Shown piece after piece: positions 1 through 8,986 of a stretch of 32,000 nucleotides of DNA. The notes below the pieces were generated by a model. The model saw nothing but the letters and a program-made list of their open reading frames with translations, was not told where the DNA came from and made no database searches. Source of the stretch: Desulfotalea psychrophila LSv54 (GTDB taxonomy: Bacteria; Desulfobacterota; Desulfobulbia; Desulfobulbales; Desulfocapsaceae); the NCBI RefSeq assembly GCF_000025945.1, contig NC_006138.1:1800001-1832000 (forward strand). The letters run 5' to 3'. The translations under genes and the position numbers were made by a program. Position 1 is the first letter of the stretch. Every line of letters starts with the position of its first letter.

Positions 1-218
1 AGGGCTGTACCGTCAGTGGTTGTACCGTCCACTTTGCCAATGAGGTCTATGACGAGGGCCCCATTATTTTGCAAAAGTCCGTGGCCCTTGATTATGATGA
101 TGAGCCCAGTGATATTGCCTCCAGGGTTTTTGACGCGGAGTGTGAGGCCTTTCCCGAGGCTATTAACCGGGTAGATGAGCTTGGTATCGACTTTTTCTGG
201 AAGAGGAGCGGAAAATGA
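1..218 (+). CDS. purN: phosphoribosylglycinamide formyltransferase, C-terminal fragment (5' end lies outside the window)
   Basis: Frame 3 reads GCTVSGCTVHFANEVYDEGPIILQKSVALDYDDEPSDIASRVFDAECEAFPEAINRV... to TGA at 216-218. This matches the conserved PurN C-terminal block (E. coli GTSVHFVTDELDGGPVILQAKVPV..ARV..EH.IYP). The stop overlaps the next start (ATGA). Confidence 0.7.
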   Translation, partial: GCTVSGCTVHFANEVYDEGPIILQKSVALDYDDEPSDIASRVFDAECEAFPEAINRVDELGIDFFWKRSGK

Positions 219-751
219 GAGAGCAGAAGCGAATTTTGATGCAGGCCCAGGATATTGATATGGCTCTTGAGCGTATCTCTTTGCAAATTCTGGAAAAAAA
301 CAAAAACAGAGAGCATCTTGCTGTTATTGGGATTCATACCTGTGGTGTCCACCTCGGTCGCCGTATTCATGCCCTGCTCTCCGAAAAACTTGGCCGTAAG
401 ATTCCCTTTGGTAGTCTCGATATTAATCTGTATCGTGATGACTGGAGTCTTGTCAGTCAAAATCCCGTGGTTAAGACCACCAATCTGCCCTTTGAGGTTG
501 ATGGTACTACTATTATTCTTGTCGATGATGTGATCTTCTCTGGCAGGACTGTCCGGGCGGGGATGGATGCTATTTTTGATTACGGCAGACCGGCAAGTCT
601 GCAGTTGGCGACCCTTATTGATCGGGGTGAACGCGAGTTACCCATCTCTCCCGACTATGTGGGAATGGCTACGGAGATACTGCCTCAGGAGCGTATCGAG
701 GTGGTTGTGGATGGGGAGAACAACTGTATTGAGGTGGTGGTGGAAAGTTAA
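215..751 (+). CDS. pyrR: bifunctional pyrimidine regulatory protein / uracil phosphoribosyltransferase PyrR
   Basis: 178-aa ORF. HLAVIGIHTCGVHLGRRI, the PRPP loop TIILVDDVIFSGRTVRAGMDAI and LATLIDRGERELPISPDYVG are typical of PyrR (type I PRTase fold). Confidence 0.9.
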   Translation: MREQKRILMQAQDIDMALERISLQILEKNKNREHLAVIGIHTCGVHLGRRIHALLSEKLGRKIPFGSLDINLYRDDWSLVSQNPVVKTTNLPFEVDGTTIILVDDVIFSGRTVRAGMDAIFDYGRPASLQLATLIDRGERELPISPDYVGMATEILPQERIEVVVDGENNCIEVVVES

Positions 752-781
752 TTGCATTTTTTTTCCAGGAACCACTTATCA

Positions 782-825
782 ATAGCACGACATGTACTAT
801 AGTGTATGTCGTGCTATTTTCGTTT
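782..825 (+). terminator. rho-independent terminator after pyrR
   Basis: Perfect 12-bp stem ATAGCACGACAT (782-793) / ATGTCGTGCTAT (806-817) with a 12-nt loop, followed by TTTCGTTT. Confidence 0.75.
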
Positions 826-880
826 AAAAAAACATTTATATAATATGTACGCCTCTGGCGAATAGGAATAGAGATAAATC

Positions 881-3229
881 ATGGAGCTTCTTGCGCCTGT
901 TGGCAATATCCAAAATTTTCACGTAGCCCTCGAGAGTGGTGCCGATGCGGTTTATGTCGGGGCCCCTGGTCTTAATGCCAGGACCTTGGCACGGGATGTC
1001 AGTTTAGAAGAGATCGCGGCAATGATTGAATACTGTCATGACCGGGATAAAAAACTGTATGTTGCTGCAAATAGCCTGGTCCTTGAAAAGGAGCTTGATA
1101 CTGTTATTGATAGCTTGGCTATTCTTGAAGCCCTGAAACCGGATGGTTTGATTGTGCAGGATATGGGCGTTGTCCGTCTTATTCGTGATTATTTTCCCAA
1201 GATTCATATCCACGGTTCTACCCTCACCACTGCCCATAATTCGGACTCCGTTCGTTTTATGGAACGTCTGGGTTGTGACCGGGTTGTGCTTGCTCGTGAG
1301 CTTACCCTGAAAGAGATTGAGACCATTGCTCAAAAAAGAGGGAAGGCTGAACTTGAGGTCTTTATTCATGGCGCCATGTGTTTTTCCTATTCCGGACTCT
1401 GTCTTTTTTCCTCCTATCTTGGCGGTAAGTCAGGTCTTCGTGGTCGTTGTGTTCAACCCTGTCGTCGAGGTTATCGCTTAGGAAGCCAGAAGGCCGTTGC
1501 TCTTGATGGTAAGGGTAGTCGTGGTCCTAAGGGACTCAAGGGACGTGGTGGTCAGAAGCAAAATGTTGCGGGACGTGGTGGATCAAGTAGGTCAGAGTAT
1601 CTCTTTTCCATGAACGATCTCTCCGGTCTTGAGGTTGTCCCTGCCCTGCGTGATATGGGCATTGCCTCACTTAAGATTGAAGGTCGTTTGCGTTCTGCCC
1701 ACTATGTTGAACACATCGTCCGTGCCTATCGTCTGATGATGGATGCAACTCCGGAAAATGTAGAGACGGTACTGCCCGAGGCCCAGAAACTTGCAGAACA
1801 GGCCATGAGCCGTAAGATAAGTCCCGGATATTTTTTATCACCCCAGCCTGCCGAGGCCATAAGCCATCTGCACTCCGGAAATATGGGCCTGCATCTTGGC
1901 CGTTTTACCAAAATTGATGGCGGAGAGAAAGCTCCCAGTGCCCGTTTTCGTCTTAAGGAAAATGTGGGTCTGGGCGATCGTCTCCGTCTCCATATTGAGC
2001 CGGGTGGCGAGCGCATTGCCTTTTCCCTTAAGGAACTTTTTGGTGAGAGGAATAAGTCGGTTGCAAGGGGCCTTGCCGGTGAGAGTGTTAAAATTAACCT
2101 ACCCGTAGATTTGCTCAAGCACCGTGTCGGTAGCTGCGATGTCTATAAGGTTGATGCTAAATCTACCATTGAGGTGGCAAAAACCTTGCCTCTTGGCTCT
2201 AAGAAAGAGGAAATTGAGACCATTTTTGCCAAGAGGCGTTCTCTTATCTTCGATGCCCGTAGTGACTCTTTGGCTGAAATAGAGCCCATTCCCGTTTTGG
2301 CAGAGGATGATCTGTCGCGACCCTCTACTCTGAAGCTGACTAAAAGGTCTTTTAAGCAGTCAAGGGTAAGTCGTAGTAAGCGGGCCGTGCAGGAGACTAA
2401 TTTGCACAAGCAGCTCAAGCTTCCCTTTGAGTGGTGGCTCCGTCTTGACTCAGCAAAAACAGTGCTCAGTCCTCTACCGTTTACCCCCGATCGATTTTTG
2501 CTCTCTCTCGATAAGGCCATGGTGCGTCAGGCCTCTCAGATAAAGAAGTATTTAGGGACGCGGTCTCGTCAGGTTATCTGGGCGCTTCCTCCTGTTGTTA
2601 TGGAAAATGATCTGGGCAGAATGCGTAAGAATATTCAGCTATTGATTTCCTCTGGTTATAGAAGCTTTCAGATTTCCAATATGAGTCAACTGGAATTTTT
2701 TGGCCGGGAAAAGGTGCATCTCTATGGAGATTACACCTTGAATTTGCTCAATACTCAATCTCTTATGCTGGCCTCGCAGATAGGCTTTGAGTCGGTGCAA
2801 TTTTCCATCGAAACAGATAGGGAAAACCTGTATAATAGTCTTGCCAGTTATCGTGAGCTTACTTCTGCCCATAAGCTTGGTGCTGAGGTGCCTAAGATTC
2901 CTATTGGTCTTACTGTTTATGGTGCTCCGCCACTCTATACTTCGCGCCTTGCCTCTTCTCATTTTAATTTTGATCGAGAGGTGTTGAGTCCCAAGAACGA
3001 AGGTTTTGTCATACGAAAGCGTGATGGATTTACCCAGACCTATCCAACCAGACCATTCTCGCTTATTCCTTATATGCGCGATTTAAAGGAGTTGGGCGTG
3101 AACTATGTGGTGATGGATCTTTGTGGTTCAGGCAGGGGCTCCAAGGAGGTGGAGGAGTTGGCTGGTCGTCTTGCCGGTGGCAGAGGTAGCAAATTGCCGA
3201 CCTTTAATTATTTGGGCGAATTGCAATAG
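881..3229 (+). CDS. U32 family protein (peptidase U32 / RlhA-TrhP-UbiU-like Fe-S enzyme family), double length at 782 aa
   Basis: N-terminus MELLAPVGN...ALESGADAVYVG and EVFIHGAMCFSYSGLCLFSSYLGGKSGLRGRCVQPCRR (Cys167/174/190/194, spacing CX6CX15CX3C) are U32 hallmarks, as is the later SMNDLSGLEVVPAL..GIASLKIEGR. A long C-terminal extension looks like a second, degenerate U32-like half. Confidence 0.85.
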   Translation: MELLAPVGNIQNFHVALESGADAVYVGAPGLNARTLARDVSLEEIAAMIEYCHDRDKKLYVAANSLVLEKELDTVIDSLAILEALKPDGLIVQDMGVVRLIRDYFPKIHIHGSTLTTAHNSDSVRFMERLGCDRVVLARELTLKEIETIAQKRGKAELEVFIHGAMCFSYSGLCLFSSYLGGKSGLRGRCVQPCRRGYRLGSQKAVALDGKGSRGPKGLKGRGGQKQNVAGRGGSSRSEYLFSMNDLSGLEVVPALRDMGIASLKIEGRLRSAHYVEHIVRAYRLMMDATPENVETVLPEAQKLAEQAMSRKISPGYFLSPQPAEAISHLHSGNMGLHLGRFTKIDGGEKAPSARFRLKENVGLGDRLRLHIEPGGERIAFSLKELFGERNKSVARGLAGESVKINLPVDLLKHRVGSCDVYKVDAKSTIEVAKTLPLGSKKEEIETIFAKRRSLIFDARSDSLAEIEPIPVLAEDDLSRPSTLKLTKRSFKQSRVSRSKRAVQETNLHKQLKLPFEWWLRLDSAKTVLSPLPFTPDRFLLSLDKAMVRQASQIKKYLGTRSRQVIWALPPVVMENDLGRMRKNIQLLISSGYRSFQISNMSQLEFFGREKVHLYGDYTLNLLNTQSLMLASQIGFESVQFSIETDRENLYNSLASYRELTSAHKLGAEVPKIPIGLTVYGAPPLYTSRLASSHFNFDREVLSPKNEGFVIRKRDGFTQTYPTRPFSLIPYMRDLKELGVNYVVMDLCGSGRGSKEVEELAGRLAGGRGSKLPTFNYLGELQ

Positions 3230-3311
3230 TATGTTGTTAGAATAAAAGAGGTAGAAAGAGCCTGTAATCTGTGATATCTGAGGAGTCTTGCTTGGTAAAA
3301 CGAAAGTTTTA

Positions 3312-3340
3312 TTGACTTTCAGAACCGCGCATATTATAAG
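3312..3340 (+). promoter_or_regulatory. candidate sigma70-type promoter for rpsT
   Basis: TTGACT (3312-3317), a 17-nt spacer, then TATAAG (3335-3340), about 110 nt upstream of the rpsT start. Confidence 0.4.
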
Positions 3341-3452
3341 GAGCACTCTTTCGTAGAAATCCACTGTCCGCACTCTCTGGTCGAGACAGTTAAATGAATT
3401 TATTATTGTTTTACCAGTCGCATTGGTGAGTAAAAACAAAAGGAGTTAATTC

Positions 3453-3722
3453 GTGGCTAATCATAAATCAGCTGAGAAAAGAAACCGTCAGAATCAAGTC
3501 GCTCGTTTGCGTAACAAAAGCACCAGAACTGCTATGAAAAATAGTGTTCGTAAACTTGATGAGGCTCTGGAAGCTGGTGTTGAAGCTGACACCGCTGAGG
3601 CTCTCAGAGGCGCTATCTCTCGTATTGCTAAGACCGCAAGCAAGGGAGTTATTCACAAGAAGACTGCTTCACGCAAGATCTCTCGCTTAACCAAGCGTGT
3701 GAATGCCCTCGTTGCTGCTTAG
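3453..3722 (+). CDS. rpsT: 30S ribosomal protein S20
   Basis: 89-aa basic protein MANHKSAEKRNRQNQVARLRNKSTRTAMKN... GTG start 7 nt after AAGGAG. A non-ATG start is also known for E. coli rpsT. Confidence 0.95.
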   Translation: MANHKSAEKRNRQNQVARLRNKSTRTAMKNSVRKLDEALEAGVEADTAEALRGAISRIAKTASKGVIHKKTASRKISRLTKRVNALVAA

Positions 3723-3750
3723 TCAGCACGTGTAGCTTTGTTGTAAGAAG

Positions 3751-3785
3751 GGGACACAGGCCATTTGGTCTGTGTCCCTTTTTTT
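3751..3785 (+). terminator. rho-independent terminator after rpsT
   Basis: GGGACACAG (3751-3759) pairs with CTGTGTCCC (3770-3778), followed by T7 (3779-3785). Confidence 0.85.
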
Positions 3786-3796
3786 ATGCCCTGCAT

Positions 3797-3821
3797 GTTT
3801 CTACATGTAGAAACGTTTTTT
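3797..3821. promoter_or_regulatory. 18-bp perfect palindrome plus T-run upstream of trpE (operator or second terminator)
   Basis: GTTTCTACATGTAGAAAC (3797-3814) is its own reverse complement and is followed by GTTTTTT (3815-3821). It lies about 95 nt upstream of the trpE ATG. Confidence 0.35.
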
Positions 3822-3915
3822 GTAGCTTTATTTTTCCTACAGCGTATACTGTTGAGAGTAGGTAAGTGGTTGTGAGGCGCTATTCATAAAAAACAGAGTA
3901 GAGAAGGGCAGGATT

Positions 3916-5412
3916 ATGAGAACGTTTTTTCCCGATTATACGGGCTTTAAGGATTTGCTGGCCACATCGAAGTTGTTGCCGGTATGCTGTGAGGTGGTGG
4001 CTGATTTGGATACTCCCCTAACCCTTTTTGCCAAGGTTGTTGGGGAGCAAGACCATCTCTTTCTCTTTGAGAGTATGGAGGGCGGGGAGAAGTGGGGGCG
4101 TTATTCTTTTATCGGTTATGATCCCCTGATGACCTTTCAGTCGAAGGGGGAGGATATCTCTATTGTTGATCATCGTAGCGGTGATGCCATTCCTCTCACC
4201 AGTTCTGGAAATCCGCTCATGGCCATTAAGCATATGCTTCACTCTCTTCAGGCAGCATCTCCTGTCGGGCTTCCTCCCTTTAGTGGCGGTGCCGTTGGCT
4301 TTATGGGCTATGAGATGGTGCGCTTTATGGAGAATCTTCCCGATGAGAGGGAGGCGGTGGCAACCCCAGATTCGTCGCTTATGGTGCCCCGTATTGTTCT
4401 GGCCCATGATAGCCTTCGCCAGACGGTGACCATTGTCTCCTGGGTTGTGGTGGATGACTCCGGTCGGGCAGGAGAAAAATATGAGCAGGCCTGTCAGGAT
4501 CTGGAAGAGATAGCAGGGAAAATTCAAGGCTCTGTGCCCGCTGATTTTTTTGCGGCAACGGACACAGGCTGTCAGCCCCATGAGTTTCAGTCTAATGTGA
4601 GCAGGGATGCGTTTTGTCAGATGGTTGAGAGAGCAAAGGAATATATTTACTCAGGTGATATTATTCAGATAGTTCTTTCACAACGTTTTGAAACGCATAC
4701 TGTTATCGATCCCCTGGTGCTCTATCGCGCTCTACGCCATATCAATCCCAGCCCCTATCTCTTTTATCTTCAGCTCGGAGATGTTGTCCAGATAGGTTCC
4801 TCCCCGGAAATTTTGGTGAAAAAACATGGGCAGACCGTCGATCTTCGCCCCATTGCCGGTACCCGAAAACGTGGCGGGACGGTTACGGAGGATCAGGCCC
4901 TTGAGCGGGAACTTCTAGCCGATCCTAAGGAGAGGGCGGAGCATCTGATGTTGGTGGATCTGGGCCGTAATGATCTGGGCCGTATTGCCAAAGCCGGTAC
5001 TGTTTCTGTTGATGACCTATTGCTGGTGGAGCGCTATAGCCATGTGATGCATCTTGTCTCCAGTGTTCAGGGAAAAATTGCCGAGGATAAGGATCAGTTT
5101 GACCTGCTCTCCGCCTGCTTTCCTGCCGGCACCGTTTCCGGTGCCCCTAAGATCAGGGCAATGGAGATTATAGATGAGCTGGAGTCGGAAAAACGGGGCG
5201 CCTATGCAGGTTCCGTCGGTTATTTTGGCTTTTCCGGTAATATGGATTTTTGTATTACCATTCGCACCTTTGTCCTGCATGGTGGGGTGCTGTGGATTCA
5301 GGCGGGGGCGGGTATTGTTGCCGATTCTGTGCCGGAGTTGGAGTATGAAGAGACGATTAATAAATCCATGGCCCTGCGTCGGGCCATTGAGCTTGTTGAA
5401 GAGGGCTTCTAG
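3916..5412 (+). CDS. trpE: anthranilate synthase component I
   Basis: 498 aa. LFESMEGGEKWGRYSFIG, GDIIQIVLSQRF, NPSPYLFYL, RPIAGTRKRG, ERAEHLMLVDLGRNDLGR, FPAGTVSGAPKIRAMEIIDELE and RGAYAGSVGYF are canonical TrpE motifs. Confidence 0.95.
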   Translation: MRTFFPDYTGFKDLLATSKLLPVCCEVVADLDTPLTLFAKVVGEQDHLFLFESMEGGEKWGRYSFIGYDPLMTFQSKGEDISIVDHRSGDAIPLTSSGNPLMAIKHMLHSLQAASPVGLPPFSGGAVGFMGYEMVRFMENLPDEREAVATPDSSLMVPRIVLAHDSLRQTVTIVSWVVVDDSGRAGEKYEQACQDLEEIAGKIQGSVPADFFAATDTGCQPHEFQSNVSRDAFCQMVERAKEYIYSGDIIQIVLSQRFETHTVIDPLVLYRALRHINPSPYLFYLQLGDVVQIGSSPEILVKKHGQTVDLRPIAGTRKRGGTVTEDQALERELLADPKERAEHLMLVDLGRNDLGRIAKAGTVSVDDLLLVERYSHVMHLVSSVQGKIAEDKDQFDLLSACFPAGTVSGAPKIRAMEIIDELESEKRGAYAGSVGYFGFSGNMDFCITIRTFVLHGGVLWIQAGAGIVADSVPELEYEETINKSMALRRAIELVEEGF

Positions 5413-5444
5413 CCTTGTGCCCAGCGAAAAAAAAGGAGAGGCCT

Positions 5445-6056
5445 ATGCTTGTTGTCATCGATAACTACGATTCATTTACCTATAATATTGTCCAGACCAT
5501 TGCCGCCAATAGCCTGGCTGAGGGCCGTCAGGAGGATATTAGGGTCTATCGTAATGACCAGATCACCGTGGCGGAAATTGAGGCTCTTAAGCCCGATCGT
5601 CTGCTTATTTCGCCGGGACCATGTTCTCCAGATAAGGCGGGGATTTCCGTTGCGGCAATCAGGCATTTTGCCGGTAAGATCCCTATTCTTGGAGTCTGTC
5701 TTGGTCATCAGTCTATTGCCGAGGCCTTTGGCGGTCGGGTTGTTCGGGCAGAGCGTTTGATGCACGGGAAGACCTCCCCCATGAGCCATGATGGCAGGGG
5801 TATTTTTGTAGGCCTTGCCAGTCCCTTTGCTGGGATGCGTTACCACTCCCTGCTTGTTGAAGAGAGGGGACTGCCGGATTGTTTGGAGATTAGCTGTCGT
5901 AGTGATCAGGGTGAGTTGATGGCTATGCGTCATCGGGACTATAAGATAGAGGGGGTGCAGTTTCATCCCGAGTCTATTATGACCCCTGCCGGTGTTCAGT
6001 TGCTGGCTAATTTTATGTCAGCTGATTATGAGAAAAACTATCCGCAGGAGAGATAA
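5445..6056 (+). CDS. trpG: anthranilate synthase component II (glutamine amidotransferase)
   Basis: MLVVIDNYDSFTYNIVQ, LISPGPCSP, ILGVCLGHQSI (catalytic Cys) and GVQFHPES are present. I prefer the ATG at 5445 preceded by AAAAGGAGAGG; the ORF-track start at 5415 is a TTG extension. Confidence 0.92.
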   Translation: MLVVIDNYDSFTYNIVQTIAANSLAEGRQEDIRVYRNDQITVAEIEALKPDRLLISPGPCSPDKAGISVAAIRHFAGKIPILGVCLGHQSIAEAFGGRVVRAERLMHGKTSPMSHDGRGIFVGLASPFAGMRYHSLLVEERGLPDCLEISCRSDQGELMAMRHRDYKIEGVQFHPESIMTPAGVQLLANFMSADYEKNYPQER

Positions 6057-6059
6057 CCT

Positions 6060-7106
6060 GTGGCTGTAACTCTTGGGAAAAATAATATGAATATACGACA
6101 GGCAATTGCCCGGGTGGTGACAGGTGCTGATTTGAGCGAGAGCGAAATGATGGCAAGTATGGAGGAGGTGATGTCCGGGCAGGCGAGCCCTGCTCAGATT
6201 GCCTCTTTTATTACCGCTCTGCGGATGAAGGGCGAGGCGGTGGAGGAGATTGTTGGCGCTGTTCGGGTCATGCGGGATAAGGCTACCTTTATTGATTGCG
6301 GTTTGGGCCCCGATGATATCTTGATGGATATTGTCGGTACCGGCGGTGATGGTGCCGATACCTTTAATGTCTCCACCACCACCTCCTTTGTGGTGGCGGC
6401 GGCGGGAGTAGCCGTTGCCAAACATGGTAACCGAGCCGTCTCCTCCAGATGTGGGAGTGCCGATGTCCTTGAGGCCCTCGGCGTTGATCTCTCTCTCGAT
6501 CCCGCAACGGTTGCTCGTTCTGTGCAGGAGATAGGGATAGGTTTTCTCTTTGCCCCCCTGCTACATGCGGCGATGAAGCATGCCATTGTCCCACGTCGTG
6601 AAATGGGTATTCGTACCATCTTTAATATTCTTGGCCCCCTGACTAATCCAGCCGGGGCCAATGTTCAGTTGATTGGCGTTTTTGAGCGGAGCCTGACCAC
6701 GGTTTTGGCCGAGGTGCTTCTGCGTCTTGGTGAAAGGCGGAGCTTGGTGGTCTGGGGTGAGGGTAATATGGACGAGATGACGGTTACCGGCACCTCCTAT
6801 ATTGCCGATGCCCACGATGGCAGAGTGACAAGCTATGCCGTTGAGCCCGAGGATGTTGGTCTGGCCCGCGCTGCTGTGGCCGATATCAGCGGTGGCCGGA
6901 CCCCTGAGGAGTCGGCTCAACAGGTCCGCGCTGTCCTTGCCGGGGAGAAGGGTGCACGTCTTGATATGGTGCTTCTCAATGCCGGTGCGGCCTTGCTTGC
7001 CGCAGGCAGGGTGGAAACTATTGTCGAGGGCGTTGTTATGGCCCGGGATGTTGTTGAATCGGGAGCTGCTCTTAAGAAGCTGGGGCAGTTGGTCGCTTTC
7101 AGGTAA
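6060..7106 (+). CDS. trpD: anthranilate phosphoribosyltransferase
   Basis: QIASFITALRMKGEAVEEIVGA, DIVGTGGDGADTFNVSTT, VAKHGNRAVSSRCGSADVLEALG and NILGPLTNPA are present. The start is either GTG 6060 (AGGAGA 8 nt upstream) or ATG 6087 (MNIRQAI...). Confidence 0.92.
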   Translation: MAVTLGKNNMNIRQAIARVVTGADLSESEMMASMEEVMSGQASPAQIASFITALRMKGEAVEEIVGAVRVMRDKATFIDCGLGPDDILMDIVGTGGDGADTFNVSTTTSFVVAAAGVAVAKHGNRAVSSRCGSADVLEALGVDLSLDPATVARSVQEIGIGFLFAPLLHAAMKHAIVPRREMGIRTIFNILGPLTNPAGANVQLIGVFERSLTTVLAEVLLRLGERRSLVVWGEGNMDEMTVTGTSYIADAHDGRVTSYAVEPEDVGLARAAVADISGGRTPEESAQQVRAVLAGEKGARLDMVLLNAGAALLAAGRVETIVEGVVMARDVVESGAALKKLGQLVAFR

Positions 7107-7212
7107 TTTTTTTTCAGGCGCCTCGGAGTCGGGGCTTACCTGATTTTTATTGAAAAGCCAAATTTTTTTAAAGCACCTATTGAGTAGAGAAGCTCACTAG
7201 AGGAAAGAAGAT

Positions 7213-7995
7213 ATGTCGGATATACTGGATAGAATTGTGGCAAGAAAGCACGAGGAGGTGGCCCAGCTCAGGCGGGATGGGATATCTCTGCCCGAGGAAT
7301 TTGCAGAAAAGAGGCCGGCCCCTCCCCGGGGATTTCGGCAGAGCCTGCTCAGCCATCAGGGGCTCTCTATTATTGCCGAGGCGAAAAAGGCCTCGCCTTC
7401 AAAGGGGCTTATCTGTGAGGATTTTGATCCGGTGGCTATCGCTAAAAATTATGAACGTTGTGGTGTTCAGGCAATCTCTGTGCTGACGGATCGTGATTTT
7501 TTTCAGGGTGATCTCCGTTATCTGCTGCAGGTACGTGAGGCTGTGGGCCTGCCTGTCTTGAGAAAAGATTTTATTATAGACGAGTTGCAGCTAAAAGAGG
7601 CCTCGCTCTACGGAGCCGATGCCATCCTTCTCATTGCTGCCATCCTCGATGAGGCTCAGCTGCGTGATTATAGATGCTATGCCGAGGAGCTTGGTATGGA
7701 CTCTCTGGTGGAGGTGCACGACGAGGAGGAAACGGAGAAGGCCCTTGCCTCCGGTTGTAATCTTCTTGGGGTAAATAACAGAAATTTAAAAGATTTTAGT
7801 GTTGATGTTGAGACGACCTTCCGTATTCGGAAAATGGTGCCGATAGAAATTCCTCTGGTCAGTGAATCCGGTCTTAAGGAGGCTGCCGATCTGCGCAGGC
7901 TTGCAGAGGCAGGTGTCTGTGCCGCCCTCATCGGTGAAACCCTGATGCGGATGGGCAGTGCCGGCGATGTTCTGGCAGAGCTCTGGAGACCGTGA
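7213..7995 (+). CDS. trpC: indole-3-glycerol phosphate synthase
   Basis: 260 aa. IIAEAKKASPSKGLI, AISVLTDRDFFQG, PVLRKDFIIDE, EVHDEEE, LGVNNRNLKDF and VSESG are present. RBS GAGGAAAG. Confidence 0.93.
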   Translation: MSDILDRIVARKHEEVAQLRRDGISLPEEFAEKRPAPPRGFRQSLLSHQGLSIIAEAKKASPSKGLICEDFDPVAIAKNYERCGVQAISVLTDRDFFQGDLRYLLQVREAVGLPVLRKDFIIDELQLKEASLYGADAILLIAAILDEAQLRDYRCYAEELGMDSLVEVHDEEETEKALASGCNLLGVNNRNLKDFSVDVETTFRIRKMVPIEIPLVSESGLKEAADLRRLAEAGVCAALIGETLMRMGSAGDVLAELWRP

Positions 7996-8648
7996 TGGGC
8001 GAAAGGATGCAGGCCAGAATCCGAGTAAAATTTTGTGGCACCACCTCTGTTGAAGGAGCCTTGGCTGCCGTGGCTGCCGGGGCTGATGCCCTGGGCTTCA
8101 TCTTTGCCCCTGGCAGTAAACGTTATATCGATCCGTATGTTGCCCGGGAAATAATAGCTCGGCTACCTCCCTTTGTTGATCGGGTCGGTGTTTTTGTTGA
8201 CGAGGATGTGCAGAGGGTGGTTGCCATAGCCCGGCTCTGCTCTCTCTCCTATGTGCAGTTACACGGAACAGAAAATCCGGACTATTGTCGGCAACTGCGG
8301 ACGGATGAGAACTTTTGTGCAGGTATTATTAAGGCGTTTCGGGTGTCAGAGAGTAGCGAGGCAGGGGATATTCAGCCCTATGAATCCCTGGTCGATGCCT
8401 ATCTGCTCGACACCTACAGGCAGGGTATGGCTGGAGGTACAGGCAAGGTCTTTGACTGGGGCTTAATAGAGGGGCTCCGGCTGGCAAGGCCCCTTATTCT
8501 TGCCGGTGGCCTGGATGCGGGAAATATTGCTGCGGCCATTGCCCAAGTGGTGCCCTATGCCGTTGACCTTAACTCAGGGGTGGAGATCTCGCCCGGGATA
8601 AAGGATCCTGCTAAGGTGGAGGCGATCATGGCGCAGATAAGAGGATAG
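7992..8648 (+). CDS. trpF: phosphoribosylanthranilate isomerase
   Basis: VKFCGTTS..GADALGFIFAPGSKRYI, VGVFVDE, YVQLHG, LLDT...GGTGKVFDW and ILAGGL..NI are present. GTGATG overlaps the trpC stop (7993-7995). The true start may be 7992, 7995 or 8007. Confidence 0.88.
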   Translation: MMGERMQARIRVKFCGTTSVEGALAAVAAGADALGFIFAPGSKRYIDPYVAREIIARLPPFVDRVGVFVDEDVQRVVAIARLCSLSYVQLHGTENPDYCRQLRTDENFCAGIIKAFRVSESSEAGDIQPYESLVDAYLLDTYRQGMAGGTGKVFDWGLIEGLRLARPLILAGGLDAGNIAAAIAQVVPYAVDLNSGVEISPGIKDPAKVEAIMAQIRG

Positions 8649-8986
8649 TACATCATAATTCTTAAATTTTTGGGTAGAGTCGGTTCAGTTTTACTCGTGC
8701 ATCATCGGTGCGGAATAGCTGTAGCAGTGGAGTAGCAAGCTGTAAGCCATTAGCTGACAGAAAGAGCATTAGCAAAAGCGTTAATCGAGGATACAAAAGT
8801 GTCTCGTGTTTCGTATCTCGTGTTCTCGGCTACTAGTAGTGAAAGCTCATGCCTCCGCCGACTCACTGTTCGCATCACTCTTGCCTAGCCAACATAAGAA
8901 ACTATAAAAATGGAAAGAGAACGTAATAACTTTTAAATATTTTTTCTTTGTATCTTGCAAGCAGCAGTTAATTGCTTTTTTCTTAA

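Noticed and set aside
3786-3875. 29-codon ORF (MPCMFLHVETFFVALFFLQRILLRVGKWL) upstream of trpE as a possible Trp leader peptide.
   Set aside because: It contains a single Trp codon rather than a tandem pair. It has no Shine-Dalgarno, and its ATG sits directly after the T-run of the rpsT terminator. I could not draw alternative terminator/antiterminator pairings.
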